From positions 17,852-81,851 of the forward strand of contig CAVTDM010000020.1 in the NCBI GenBank assembly GCA_963733415.1: 64,000 nt of DNA, read 5' to 3'. Below are positions 33,787 to 45,162 of the stretch, piece by piece. This DNA is from an uncultured Gammaproteobacteria bacterium (GTDB taxonomy: Bacteria; Pseudomonadota; Gammaproteobacteria; Chromatiales; Chromatiaceae). A program made the position numbers and the translations under genes. Every line of letters starts with the position of its first letter. The first letter of the stretch is position 1. The notes beneath the pieces were generated by a model. It saw only the letters and a program-made list of their open reading frames with translations, did not search any database and was not told where the DNA came from.

Positions 33787-34447
33787 TCAATGCGCGAACC
33801 CGTGCTCGGCCAGAAACTCCAGGGTCAGCCCCCCGCTGCCGGGGGCGGCGGCCTTGTCCCCCAGCAGCAGGCGCTCCAGGTAGCGGGCGATCAGGTCGAC
33901 CTCCAGGTTGACGCGGGTGCCGGCCTGGTAGTGGGCGATGATGGTCTGATCCAGGGTATGGGGGACGATGTTGAGCTCGAACACGGAGCCGTCGACGGCA
34001 TTGACCGTGAGGCTTACCCCGTCCACACAGATGGACCCCTTGTGGGCGATGTAGCGGGCCAGTTCCGGCGGAGCCTGAATGCGCAGGCGCCAGGAGCGGG
34101 CGTCTTCCCGGCGTTCCAGGACTTCGCCGACCCCATCCACATGACCACTCACGAGATGCCCCCCCAGGGGGGTCGACAGGGTCAGGGCCGGCTCCAGGTT
34201 CACCGGGCTGCCAGGTGTGCAGGTCACCCAGGGTGGTGAGTGCCAGGGTCTCCCGGGAGACATCGGCGGCGAAGGCGTCCGCAGCCAGGGTGACCGCCGT
34301 GAGGCAGACCCCATTGACGGCGATGCTGTCGCCCAGGGCCGCATTCCCCAGGGGAAGTTTGCCCGTGCCGATGGTGAGCCGAACGTCCCCGCCCCGGGGT
34401 TCCAGGCGCCGGATTTGACCGATGGATTGGATGATGCCAGTGAACAT
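33787..34447 (-). CDS. ribE: riboflavin synthase alpha chain (apparent frameshift near 34215)
   Basis: MFTGII, GDSIAVNGVCLT; second frame GGHLVSGHVDG, KGSICVDGVSLT, VNLEVDLIARY. Confidence 0.92.
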
Positions 34448-34478
34448 GGTGTCTGGGTCCGATGGGGCTCGTGTTGTT

Positions 34479-34524
34479 GCGATCAGTTTTCAGAATCAGG
34501 TGACGATATCCCGATGAAACTTAG
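34479..34524 (+). repeat. internally deleted fragment of MITE family A
   Basis: TTTCAGAA...TCAGGTGACGATATCCCGATGAAACT matches the MITE core TCAGGCGACGATATCCCCATGAAACT. Confidence 0.6.
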
Positions 34525-34556
34525 TAACGAGTCAAGAACAAGTTAAATACGAACAC

Positions 34557-34661
34557 AATCGTTGTCGTTGTCGTTGTCGTTGTCGGAGAAGCGATGAAAT
34601 TTGGGGTGCGAGAGAATCCGGGGCGCTACGATAACCTCGATTACGACAACGACGACGACAA
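34557..34661. repeat. inverted hexamer-repeat element: (GTTGTC)x4 ... GATTACGACAACGACGACGACAA
   Basis: complementary hexamer ladders about 55 bp apart, between ribD and ribE. Confidence 0.75.
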
Positions 34662-34685
34662 TAGCGCTAATCGCATTCCCGTTCC

Positions 34686-35834
34686 TTAGCCCTGACCCGG
34701 ACGGAGCCGCAACCGTAAATCCGGACCGATGCGCCGGACTTCCTCGATGCTGAGCGGAATGCGCTTCTCCATCCGTTCCAACCCGGGCAACCGGAAGAGC
34801 CCGCGGCCGCCATCACCCATCAGGTGGGGGGCGAGGTAGAGGACCAACTCGTCGATGAGCCCGGCAGTGAGGGCCGCCCCGGCAAGGGTCGCGCCGGTTT
34901 CCAGCAGGACCTCGTTGATCTCCTGGCCGTTCAGCCAGGCGAATAAGGCGGCCAGGTCCACCCGGCCATGGTGCTCCGGCAGTTGGATCACCCGAGCCCC
35001 GGCGGCCTCAAGGGCCGCCACCCGGCCCGGGTCCGCCGGGGCGCAGCAGGCGATGACGGTGATTCCCGGGAGCCTGAGCAGGCGTGCCGTCACTGGGGTG
35101 CGTAAGTGGCTGTCTGCGATCACTCGCCAGGGCTGGCGCACCGGTTCCCCGGGCTCCATTCCTGGCAATCCGGCGGCGCTCAAGCGCACGTTGAGCGAGG
35201 GATCGTCGGCCAGCAGGGTGCCGACCCCGGTGAGGATGGCGCAGTGGCGGGCACGCAGCCGCTGCACGTCCTGCCGGGCCGCCTCGGAGCTGATCCATTG
35301 GCTCTCGCCGCTCGCCATGGCGGTGCGTCCGTCCAGGCTGGCAGCAAGCTTGCAGCGCGTGTAAGGCAGGCCGCGATCCATGCGTTTGATGAAGCCGGGA
35401 TTCAGGGCCCGGGCCTGCGCCTCCAGCACGCCGCAGCAGACCGCAATGCCCGCCGCCCTAAGGTCGGCAAGCCCCTGACCGGCGACCAGGGGGTTGGGGT
35501 CGACCATGGCGCACACCACCCGTGCCACGCCGGCCTGGATCAAGGCGGCGGTGCAGGGGGGCGTGCGGCCCTGGTGACAACAGGGCTCCAGGGTGATGTA
35601 GGCGGTGGCGCCCCGCGCCCGTTCACCCGCGGCCTCCAGGGCGATGCGCTCCGCGTGGGGTTCACCGGCCCGCCGATGCCAGCCTTCGCCCACCAGGTCC
35701 CCCCCTCGCACGAGGACGCAACCGACCCGTGGGTTTGGGTCCGTGGTGTAGAGCCCGCGGCGGGCGAGCCGGATGGCCCGGGCCATGTGCGCGTGGTCGT
35801 CGCCGCTGGGTGGGGGGACGGTGGCCGGGGTCAT
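34686..35834 (-). CDS. ribD: bifunctional riboflavin biosynthesis deaminase/reductase
   Basis: [36 protein letters not shown]. Confidence 0.96.
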   Translation of the reverse strand: MTPATVPPPSGDDHAHMARAIRLARRGLYTTDPNPRVGCVLVRGGDLVGEGWHRRAGEPHAERIALEAAGERARGATAYITLEPCCHQGRTPPCTAALIQAGVARVVCAMVDPNPLVAGQGLADLRAAGIAVCCGVLEAQARALNPGFIKRMDRGLPYTRCKLAASLDGRTAMASGESQWISSEAARQDVQRLRARHCAILTGVGTLLADDPSLNVRLSAAGLPGMEPGEPVRQPWRVIADSHLRTPVTARLLRLPGITVIACCAPADPGRVAALEAAGARVIQLPEHHGRVDLAALFAWLNGQEINEVLLETGATLAGAALTAGLIDELVLYLAPHLMGDGGRGLFRLPGLERMEKRIPLSIEEVRRIGPDLRLRLRPGQG

Positions 35835-36346
35835 TTTTGCTTTGGCTCCAGACCCTCCAGCAGGTCGAGCTGTTGGCGTTTGACTTCAGGCGTCGGCTGC
35901 CGCTCCAGGCGGTCGATCTCCTCGCGAAAGGCGGCCACGTCCTCGAACTTGCGGTAGACCGAGGCGAAGCGGACATAGGCCACCTGGTCGAGGTTGCGCA
36001 GTTCTTCCATCACCAGTTCCCCCACCCGTCGGGCCTGGACCTCCGACTCCCCGCTGGACATGAGCCGCCGCTGAATGCGCGCCTGGGCGGCGTCGATCTG
36101 TTCCGTGCTCACGGGGCGCTTTTCCAGGGCCCGCAGCATGCCGGCGCGCAGCTTGCGCCCGTCGAAGGGCACCCGGCTGCCGTCGCGCTTGACCACCCGG
36201 GGCAGGTTCAGCTCCGCTGTTTCATAGGTGGTGAAACGCTCCTTGCAGACTTCGCACTTGCGCCGCCGCCGCACCTGATCGCCGTCCCCCGCGAGGCGGG
36301 AGTCCACGACCTTGGTGTCCTCGGCACCACAGAAGGGGCAGCGCAT
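35831..36346 (-). CDS. nrdR: transcriptional repressor NrdR
   Basis: [34 protein letters not shown]. Confidence 0.97.
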   Translation of the reverse strand: MRCPFCGAEDTKVVDSRLAGDGDQVRRRRKCEVCKERFTTYETAELNLPRVVKRDGSRVPFDGRKLRAGMLRALEKRPVSTEQIDAAQARIQRRLMSSGESEVQARRVGELVMEELRNLDQVAYVRFASVYRKFEDVAAFREEIDRLERQPTPEVKRQQLDLLEGLEPKQK

Positions 36347-36446
36347 TCCCTTTACGCCCCCAACCGCCAGTTGCCAGCCGCGGGCCCAGGCCCAACCAGG
36401 CCATGGAGCGTCAGCTGCGCCATAACCGGACGGACGAACGTCACCC

Positions 36447-36521
36447 GCGGGGGCGGCCTGTGGCCGCGATGGGGTCCCTGGGTAGCCGGCGCGGCCCATC
36501 GCGGCCACAGGCCGCTCCCAC
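36447..36521. repeat. inverted REP doublet (GTGGGAGCGGCC family)
   Basis: perfect 21-bp arms GCGGCCTGTGGCCGCGATGGG (36453-36473) and CCCATCGCGGCCACAGGCCGC (36495-36515), extending to ...GCTCCCAC. Confidence 0.75.
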
Positions 36522-36551
36522 CGGGACCACAGCGGGCCGCGTTGCGCGGCC

Positions 36552-37808
<1,257 letters not shown>

Positions 37809-37928
37809 GGGTCTTCCCCCCGGCAGGCAAAGCCGTGCAGTTTAATCGGTTTGGCTGCGAATCGCCCGGGTTCTGGCTGGACGCGGACGCCGGTTGCGAA
37901 TCAAACTGACGCAACCCTCAACTATAAA

Positions 37929-38102
37929 CCTTGAAGGAGCAGTCAGTGGTTAGCTATCAGCCGTCAGCTATTTCAGAACAGCGACTTGCGCACAGTTTTT
38001 TTGCGACGGGCGCTCACCCTGCGGGTGATCCGTCAGGCGACGATATCCCCATGAAACTCAGAGCTGAACGCCGACGGCTGATCGCTGACCGCACTTTTCA
38101 GG
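37929..38102 (+). mobile_element. MITE family A, copy 4
   Basis: CCTTGAAGGAGCAGTCAG...GCACTTTTCAGG; flanks ATAAA and AGAAA (4 of 5 match). Confidence 0.87.
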
Positions 38103-38227
38103 AGAAATGGACAGCGTGGTAGCGATGCCCATGCTCCAAGCTGGTCGGCCATCCTTGCGGCTTCCGCGCGCGCCCTCCGTCCCGATATAGAATGCACCCC
38201 CAGCATTACCAACCCAGCAGGTCTCCC

Positions 38228-38968
38228 ATGATTGCCCCCGCTCCCCACGCCGACGCCCAAACCCACAACGTGGACCCCGGCGAGATCGGCAAGTTCGAAG
38301 AGCTGGCCTCCCGCTGGTGGGACCCGGCGAGCGAGTTCAAGACGCTGCACGACATCAACCCGCTGCGCCTGGACTATATCGAGCGAACCGCGGGGCTGGC
38401 CGGGCAGGAGGTGCTGGACGTGGGCTGCGGCGGCGGCCTGCTCGCCGAAGGCATGGCGGCGCGTGGGGCCCGCGTGCTGGGGATCGACATGGGGGAGATG
38501 AACCTGCGGGTGGCGGAGCTGCATACCCTGGAGAGCGGGGTGGCAGTGGACTACCGGCGCCTCCCGGCGGAGGCCCTGGCGGCGGAGCGGCCGGCCAGTT
38601 TCGACCTGGTGACCTGCATGGAACTTCTGGAGCATGTCCCCCACCCGGCCTCCGTGGTCGACGCCTGCGCCCGGCTGGTGCGCCCCGGGGGCAAGGTCTT
38701 CTTCTCGACCCTGAACCGCAATCCCAAGGCCTATCTCCTGGCCATCCTGGGGGCCGAGTATCTCCTCGGAATGTTGCCCAAGGGTACCCACGACTTCAGC
38801 CGCTTCATCCGCCCGGCGGAACTGGACCGCTGGGTCCGCGCGGCCGGCCTGCGGACGGTCGACATGACGGGCCTCGCCTACAATCCCCTGTCCCGCACCT
38901 ATCGCCTCGACCCGGACGACGTGACCGTGAACTACCTGGTGACCTGCGTGCGGGATGCGGATGACTGA
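38228..38968 (+). CDS. ubiG: ubiquinone biosynthesis O-methyltransferase
   Basis: [44 protein letters not shown]. Confidence 0.96.
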   Translation: MIAPAPHADAQTHNVDPGEIGKFEELASRWWDPASEFKTLHDINPLRLDYIERTAGLAGQEVLDVGCGGGLLAEGMAARGARVLGIDMGEMNLRVAELHTLESGVAVDYRRLPAEALAAERPASFDLVTCMELLEHVPHPASVVDACARLVRPGGKVFFSTLNRNPKAYLLAILGAEYLLGMLPKGTHDFSRFIRPAELDRWVRAAGLRTVDMTGLAYNPLSRTYRLDPDDVTVNYLVTCVRDADD

Positions 38969-38992
38969 CGGCCGAACTGTCGAGGCCCCGTC

Positions 38993-39853
38993 GTGACGGG
39001 CGCGGACCGGGCAGATCAATGGGGCTTTCCCAACCCCGCCACGCCCCCCGGGTCTTCGACCTACTACAGCCTGCGGTTCGCGCCTTCCGGGCAGCGGGAC
39101 GGACTCGCGGCTCTGGTTGGCTGGCGTCACCAGGTGCGTGCCATCCTGGACCAGGTGGCGGACCCGGCGGTGGCCGCGGCCAAGCTCCATTGGTGGCGGG
39201 ACGAATTGCAGCGGACCCGGGACGGGGCCGGCAGCCACCCCCTGAGCCGTCGGCTCGGCCCGCTGATTGCGCACCACCGACTGCCGGTTGAACCCTTCCT
39301 GAACCTGACCGTCGGGACTGAGTCAGCACTCAGCCGTTGTTGGCCCCGAGACCTGACCGGTCTCATTGCCGCGGCCGATCGGGACTGGGGGTCGCTTCTT
39401 GAGCTTCAGGTCCGCGCCGCCGGGGACCAGGATCCGGTGCGGATCGCCCGCGCCCGCCAGCTCGGGGTCTACGCGAGCCTGGTCGGGCAGATCCGCGATT
39501 GCGGCGGGCTGTGGCGTCGGGGGCATTACGGGTTCATCCCGACTGATTGGCTCGCCGCCCTGGAGCTGACCCCGGAGGATTTGGGGCGCCCGGCAGGCCG
39601 CGGCCGGCTGCCGGCACTCCTGGCCGAACTGGCGGGCAAGGCCCGCGGCTTGCGGGGTGCGCCCGAAGACCCGGACGGCTTGCCGGCATCCGTGCGGATT
39701 CGGGTCCGGCTCACTGACCTGCTGCTGGATGAACTGGCGGCGGTCGGGTTCGATCTTGTCGACCAACGGGTTGCGCTCACCCCGATCCGTAAGCTCTGGC
39801 ACGCCTGGCGCGAGGGCACGATCGGGCGCCTCAGGCCGCGCACGAAAAGATGA
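38993..39853 (+). CDS. squalene/phytoene synthase-family (HpnD-like) protein
   Basis: GSSTYYSLRF, DPAVAAAKLHWWRDEL, HP, LTPIRKLWHAW; Asp-rich motifs degenerate. Confidence 0.75.
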   Translation: MTGADRADQWGFPNPATPPGSSTYYSLRFAPSGQRDGLAALVGWRHQVRAILDQVADPAVAAAKLHWWRDELQRTRDGAGSHPLSRRLGPLIAHHRLPVEPFLNLTVGTESALSRCWPRDLTGLIAAADRDWGSLLELQVRAAGDQDPVRIARARQLGVYASLVGQIRDCGGLWRRGHYGFIPTDWLAALELTPEDLGRPAGRGRLPALLAELAGKARGLRGAPEDPDGLPASVRIRVRLTDLLLDELAAVGFDLVDQRVALTPIRKLWHAWREGTIGRLRPRTKR

Positions 39854-39954
39854 CTCCCGGTCAAGCGTTCAGTGTCCCAAGAAGAGGCCGCTGACGCGCC
39901 AAACCCTTTGCCAGCTCTCACCAGCGCTCAATGTCACACAGAGGAATTCCGATA

Positions 39955-40677
39955 ATGGAGTCAGACTCCACCGTCAAACCACTGACAGACCGCATCGTAC
40001 TCGTGACCGGTGCGGCCGAAGGCATCGGCCGAGCCGTCGCCCTGGCCGCTGCCGGCGCCGGGGCCACCCTGGTCCTGTGTGATCACCCGGATGCCGATGT
40101 CAACGCGGTCTACGATCAGATTGAGGCCACGGGCGGTTTTGAACCGGCCATCCTGCCTCTGAACCTGGATATCGCCGATGAGAAGGCCTGTCGCGGCGCG
40201 GCGGACCTGGTCGGCGAGACCTTCGGGCGGCTCGACGGGCTGGTGCATTGCGCCGCTTTCGCCCCCTATCTGGCGCGGATCGACGACTATGAGCCGGACG
40301 AGTGGGAGCGCGTGTTGCGGATCAACCTGACGTCCCCCTTCCTGCTCACCCAGGCTTGCCTGCCATTGCTGCGGACGCGGCGGATCGCGGCGGTGATCTT
40401 CACCTCCGACCGGGTCGGGCGCACCGGCTTGGCCTATTGGGGGGCCTTCGCGGCGGCCAAGTTCGGCATTGAGGGTCTGGCCCAGGTGCTGGGGGACGAA
40501 CTGCGGGACACCAGCCCCATCCGCGTCGCCTGCCTGGACCCGGGGATCGTCCGCACCGGTCTGCGCGCCCGACTCTATCCCGGGGAGGATCCCTTCAGTT
40601 TGCCAGGGCCTGAGACCATCACCTCGCGCTACCTGGACTTACTGTCACGTGCTCGCCTGGATCGAGAAGTCGGCTGA
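39955..40677 (+). CDS. YciK-like short-chain oxidoreductase
   Basis: VLVTGAAEGIG, LDGLVH, AYWGAFAAAK, LYPGEDP. Confidence 0.85.
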   Translation: MESDSTVKPLTDRIVLVTGAAEGIGRAVALAAAGAGATLVLCDHPDADVNAVYDQIEATGGFEPAILPLNLDIADEKACRGAADLVGETFGRLDGLVHCAAFAPYLARIDDYEPDEWERVLRINLTSPFLLTQACLPLLRTRRIAAVIFTSDRVGRTGLAYWGAFAAAKFGIEGLAQVLGDELRDTSPIRVACLDPGIVRTGLRARLYPGEDPFSLPGPETITSRYLDLLSRARLDREVG

Positions 40678-40810
40678 GATTTTTGTCAAAAAGGGCCGCC
40701 GTGTCGCTGGACTAGCGGCCATGGATGCGCCGTCCAGCACCCGGGAACAAGACGGTCTCCAATGGGAACGGCCACAGGCAGTTCCCATTGGAGGATGTAC
40801 CGGCTTTCAC

Positions 40811-40978
40811 CCTAAGACTAGCAGTCAGCGATCAGCTTTCAGCATTTAGCTCGGATTTTCAAGAAGTTTTAGCCACCCGGCGCACGACCTGTAGAGTGAG
40901 CGCCTGCGGCTCGAAGACGGCTCGTAAGATGCTGATGCGCATATAGTTGACGGCTGATCGCTGACCGCTCTTTCCAGG
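40811..40978 (-). mobile_element. MITE family A, divergent copy 5
   Basis: same end structure (CCTAAGACTAGCAGTCAGC...GCTGACCGCTCTTTCCAGG) with a diverged core keeping GTGAGCGCC; perfect TTCAC direct repeat at 40806-40810 and 40979-40983. Confidence 0.8.
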
Positions 40979-40999
40979 TTCACGGGATTTCAGCGGGAT

Positions 41000-41031
41000 G
41001 ATGGGCATCGCGCTCGGTCTGCCCATCCTCC
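41000..41031 (-). repeat. REP element (GTAGGATGGGCA family, degenerate)
   Basis: GATGGGCATCGCGCTCGGTCTGCCCATCCTCC. Confidence 0.7.
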
Positions 41032-41078
41032 GCGGCCATGCTGCTTACCCCTTGGCGCATTAGCGGTTTCGGTATTTC

Positions 41079-41731
41079 TCAGGTGCTCTTGAATCCGACC
41101 TCCTTGTGGCTGCCGTCGCAGAAGGGCTTGTTCTTTGAGGCTCCCACAGCGGCACAAGGCGGTCTCGGTACCCTCCCAGGCGAGGCGCCCGCTTGCCGCC
41201 CGGATGCTGAGATTGCCCTTCACCAGCAAAGGGCCATCCGGCGCGGGCTTGATACTCAGGGGCCCTCCAACGGCCGCGAGTGGCGTCCCCCGCTCGCCCA
41301 CCGCGCCGAAGTCCTCGAAGCCCGAACCCAGGTGGGCTGTTGTCGCAGAAGGGTTTGTTGGCGGATCGACCGCACCGACACAGGGCGACCCGGAAGCGCA
41401 GGCCCGGCATGTCCGCCGGCGCCCCCGCGATGGTCAGGTCGCCGTGGGCGTAGAGGGGGCCGTTGTAGGCGACGGTGACAGTGTTCTGCGGCGGGGCCTG
41501 CTCCGGGGTGCCGGCCTTGTCCCGGTACGTCAGGGCTCCGCTCGGGCACCGTTCGATAATCTCCCGCACCTCTGTCTTGGAGCAGGCGTCAGGGATGCAC
41601 CAGGGTTCGCGACCGCCGACGAAGAGGTCGCCCTTGGCGTTGCCGCACTCACCGACGTGGATACACAGCCGTCCGTCCCACTGGACGTCGATCTCGGCAC
41701 CTGGAAACTCGGTCACCTGCTTGTCGCTCAT
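41079..41731 (-). CDS. CDGSH iron-sulfur protein with N-terminal Fer4_19/DUF1271 domain (apparent frameshifts)
   Basis: CIHVGEC...CPSGAL, then ALCRCGRSANKPFCDNS and ALCRCG.S.NKPFCDGSH. Confidence 0.87.
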
Positions 41732-42120
41732 TCGCCTGGCCTCTAGGGGTTGGGTGGAATCTTTGCGTGGTCGGGATCTGACCGCAAACGGAGCGGATTC
41801 AAGGCCGGGGCCGGGATCAGGGACGATCAAGCAACAGGGGTTCAGCCTCCTGGGTTCCGCTCTCGCTTCGCTCGGCGAACAGCCTTGCTGGCGTGGAGGT
41901 ACTGGTGCCGCCGGCCCAAGGCTACCGTCAGATCACCGGGTTCGCGCAAACCTGCCCCCGGCGGGGGTAACGATTCGGAGCCGGCCGGGTGTTAAATGCT
42001 CGACTTGAACCATCCGGATTGATTATTGTGAAGAAGTAAGAGGAGCGGCAGAGACTTAGTCTGTGCGCTACCGCACATCTCTCCCCGGTCCTTCTCGCCC
42101 CAGGCTGCCGATGACGTCCT

Positions 42121-43195
42121 ATGCAACGTACTGAAAACCTGAATATCGTCGCCTTCGACCCCATGCCCTCCCCGCGGGAGGTCCTGGCTGCCCTGCCAAT
42201 ATCCGAACCGGGCAGCGGCGACCGTGTTGGAGGGGCGCGCCACCCTGGAAGCGATTCTGGACCGGCGTGATCCGCGTCGCTTCGTGATCGTCGGCCCCTG
42301 TTCGATTCACGATCCGGTCGCTGGCCTGGACTATGCGCATCGGCTGCAGCGACTTGCCGACGAGGTCGCCGACACCCTGGTCCTCGTGATGCGCGTGTAC
42401 TTCGAGAAACCCCGCACGACCACCGGGTGGAAGGGGTACATCAACGACCCCGACCTGAACGATACCTTTCGCATCGCCGACGGGATGGAGCAGGCGCGGC
42501 GGTTTTTACTGGCCGTTACCGAGTCGGGTTTACCCGCCGCCACCGAGGCGCTCGATCCCATTACGCCCCAGTACCTGGGGGACCTCATCGTCCTGGACGG
42601 CGATCGGCGCGCGGACCTCGGAATCGCAGACCCACCGGGAGATGTCCTCCGGGTCTGTCGACCCCCGTGGGCTTCAAGAACGGGACCGATGGCCTGATCG
42701 ACTCGGCGATCAATGCCATCCTCTCCGCGGCCCAGCCCCACAGCTTTCTGGGCATCAATGCCCTGGGTCAGTCCAGTATCGTCCGCACCCGCGGCAATCG
42801 ATACGGCCATCTGGTGCTGCGCGGCGGCGGTGCCCGTCCCAATTACGACACCGTCAGCGTCGCCATGGCAGAGCAGGCGCTGGCCAAGGCCAGGCTGCCC
42901 ACGAACCTCGTCATTGACTGCTCCCACGCCAACAGCTCCAAGCGGCCGGAACTTCAGCCGCTGGTCATGCAGGATTGCGTCAATCAGATCCGGGCCGGTA
43001 ATCGCTCGATTGTCGGGCTGATGGTCGAGAGCTTCATCGAGGCCGGCAATCAACCGATCCCGAGCCGACCTGTCGCAACTGCGTTACGGCTGCTCGGTGA
43101 CCGACGCCTGCGTCGACTGGCCGACCACGGAAAGGATGGTTCGCCAGGCGCGGGTGGCACTCCGAGAACCCCTGGCCCAGGGCGGCAAGGTTTGA
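42121..43195 (+). CDS. class I DAHP synthase (3-deoxy-7-phosphoheptulonate synthase; apparent frameshifts)
   Basis: VGPCSIHD, RVYFEKPRTTTGWKG, IGARTSESQTHRE, GFKNGTDG, LRGG, DCSHANS, SVTDAC. Confidence 0.92.
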
Positions 43196-43292
43196 GACGG
43201 GCGCCGGCCCCTCCGCGGTCTGCTTTTTGTCAGCGTGCGCGTGGGCCTTTGTGCACCTCACCCGATCAACTGAAGAGTCCAGGACTCACATA

Positions 43293-44123
43293 ATGACCGC
43301 AGTTACCCTTGCATCCCGCCGATCAGTCGAGCGGCCGCCTGTCATTGATCGCTTTGTCTGCATTCTGGCGGACTCGGAGGAGGCCCGCAGGCTCCACTAT
43401 CAGGTGCGGTTCAAGGTGTTTTGCGAGGACACAGGCTTTGAGAATCCAGCCGCCTTTCCAACCCAGGCCGAGCATGACCATTATGATTCCTACGCCCGGC
43501 ACTTCATTGTTTGGGATCGCCAGCAGCGCCAGTGCGCGGGCGCGATGCGACTGGTGGATGCCTCCAAGACCACACTGCCTTGTGAAGACATCGTGCCTAC
43601 ACCGCTTCATGGCTTGGCCGAAAGCCGCGTCCACTCGGCCGAATTTTCGCGCTTGTGCATTCTCAAGGAGTACCGTCGGACAATCCAAGCTGATTCCTAC
43701 GATTGGTATCAGCCCGAGAGCCACTCCGCAGGCGACGGATTTCCGGTATTTTTCAGGCAACACGAGAATGACGTTTTCCTCAGGCTATTGCGTGCGAGCT
43801 TCGCGTGGAGTCCCGGTATTCGCTATTGTTACTTCATCGTCACCGCGGCACTGTCTCGGGTGTTGACCCGGTTTGGTATCGCCTTAACGCAAGTCGGCGA
43901 CCAGATCGAACACCGGGGTCTGAGGATTCCATTCCGCTACCACGTCGATGAGGCGAATAAGGGCATGCAGAAGGCCCTTCCGGCCTTCGTGGCGATTGCC
44001 GAGACCAGCCGGCCCTATGTGACCTATTCAGAATTCATTAGCGGCGATTGCGGCACTGAACCCGTCGCTCCCATGTTCGGGAGAGCCGCTTTCACGACAA
44101 ACCAGTGTGCACTGATGGCCTGA
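43293..44123 (+). CDS. PEP-CTERM/exosortase-associated acyltransferase (N-acyl amino acid synthase type) no. 1
   Basis: YQVRFKVFCED, EHDHYD, GAMRLV, AEFSRL, LTRFGI..TQVG..IEHRGLR.P. Confidence 0.85.
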   Translation: MTAVTLASRRSVERPPVIDRFVCILADSEEARRLHYQVRFKVFCEDTGFENPAAFPTQAEHDHYDSYARHFIVWDRQQRQCAGAMRLVDASKTTLPCEDIVPTPLHGLAESRVHSAEFSRLCILKEYRRTIQADSYDWYQPESHSAGDGFPVFFRQHENDVFLRLLRASFAWSPGIRYCYFIVTAALSRVLTRFGIALTQVGDQIEHRGLRIPFRYHVDEANKGMQKALPAFVAIAETSRPYVTYSEFISGDCGTEPVAPMFGRAAFTTNQCALMA

Positions 44124-44316
44124 TCGCCGACCAGAGGGCCGGATCGGTCTGCGGTCACTTCGCGGTGGCCTGGACGCTAAGGGTCTGTCGACGCTCCCGG
44201 CAGCACCGGGGCAAGGCCCGCTTCATTTCTTCCCGTGATGTGCTTCACAGAATTGGGACGCGGAGTATTCCATACTGCGATAAATTTTTTTGCATGGAGC
44301 GATCCGGGAGGAGCGT

Positions 44317-44706
44317 GTGATCGAGCGAGAGGCCTGCTGGAACTGCCGTCACAGCAGCAATGGACTGCACTACACGAGTACCGGGGCCCAAGGCTGCAGT
44401 AAGTGTCACTGTCCAATCCCTGGATTCCCTTGGCACCTTTACCGCCGGTATCGTCGGTTTGAGCAGGTGATGCCCCATTTTTGTGGCCACTATGAGGCCC
44501 AGGACGCAGGCTGCTGTTCCGCCTGCGCTGCTCTTCTCGGACCATGGAGTCTGGTCAAGCACTGGGCATGCGGGGTTTTTTCGGTGCTCCCCTGTTGCTC
44601 ATCAGCCTGCCAAGCGGCGCAGCAGTCATGGTTGGATGCTGAGAGAGACTCCATTGTGGCACCGGCCTTCAGCAGCACACAGGACTGCGAACACGCGTTT
44701 CACTGA
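44317..44706 (+). CDS. cysteine-rich hypothetical protein, probable metal-binding (129 aa, 14 Cys)
   Basis: GGAGGAG RBS before GTG 44317; CWNCRH, CSKCHC, FCGHY, CCSAC, CCSSAC. Confidence 0.55.
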   Translation: MIEREACWNCRHSSNGLHYTSTGAQGCSKCHCPIPGFPWHLYRRYRRFEQVMPHFCGHYEAQDAGCCSACAALLGPWSLVKHWACGVFSVLPCCSSACQAAQQSWLDAERDSIVAPAFSSTQDCEHAFH

Positions 44707-45162
44707 TTGCCCACTCTTGACGGAGCACTTCTTGGACTGGCCGCTGTCAGTCGCCCTACGCGCATTCTGGCGCCGCCGCGCGCGGCCGCATTCCAACCGG
44801 GCTAACGAGCCTTCGGATTACCTGTCAACCTTATCTCTGGCCCACGCGCGGCAGAGTGATGTCTAATGACATCGATTTTTCTTGGTGTAAGCAGATTTCG
44901 GTTCACAGGTAATCAAGTTCGATTCCTACTTCCGCTATACTGTAACGTTTACCAGGCTGCGCGCTTGCCCTGATCGTCACCAAGTTCCACAGTCGCGTCC
45001 TACGATCGCGGCTGTCCCAACTGTGAAACGCTTGCCCCGGGGCGCTGAACTGGCCAATCGCCACCGCCCTGGGCCCGCCCCATAAGGCATTCTCGGACGT
45101 GCTCGATCGCCAAGCAAAGCTCCCCCCTCAACCGCCACGGTCTTAGACGTAGTCGCATCAAT

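Noticed and set aside
28109-34447. Programmed ribosomal frameshifting in serA, pheA, hisC, tyrA and ribE
   Set aside because: No consistent slippery heptamers, several shifts per gene, and these genes are not known to be recoded; sequence error is simpler.
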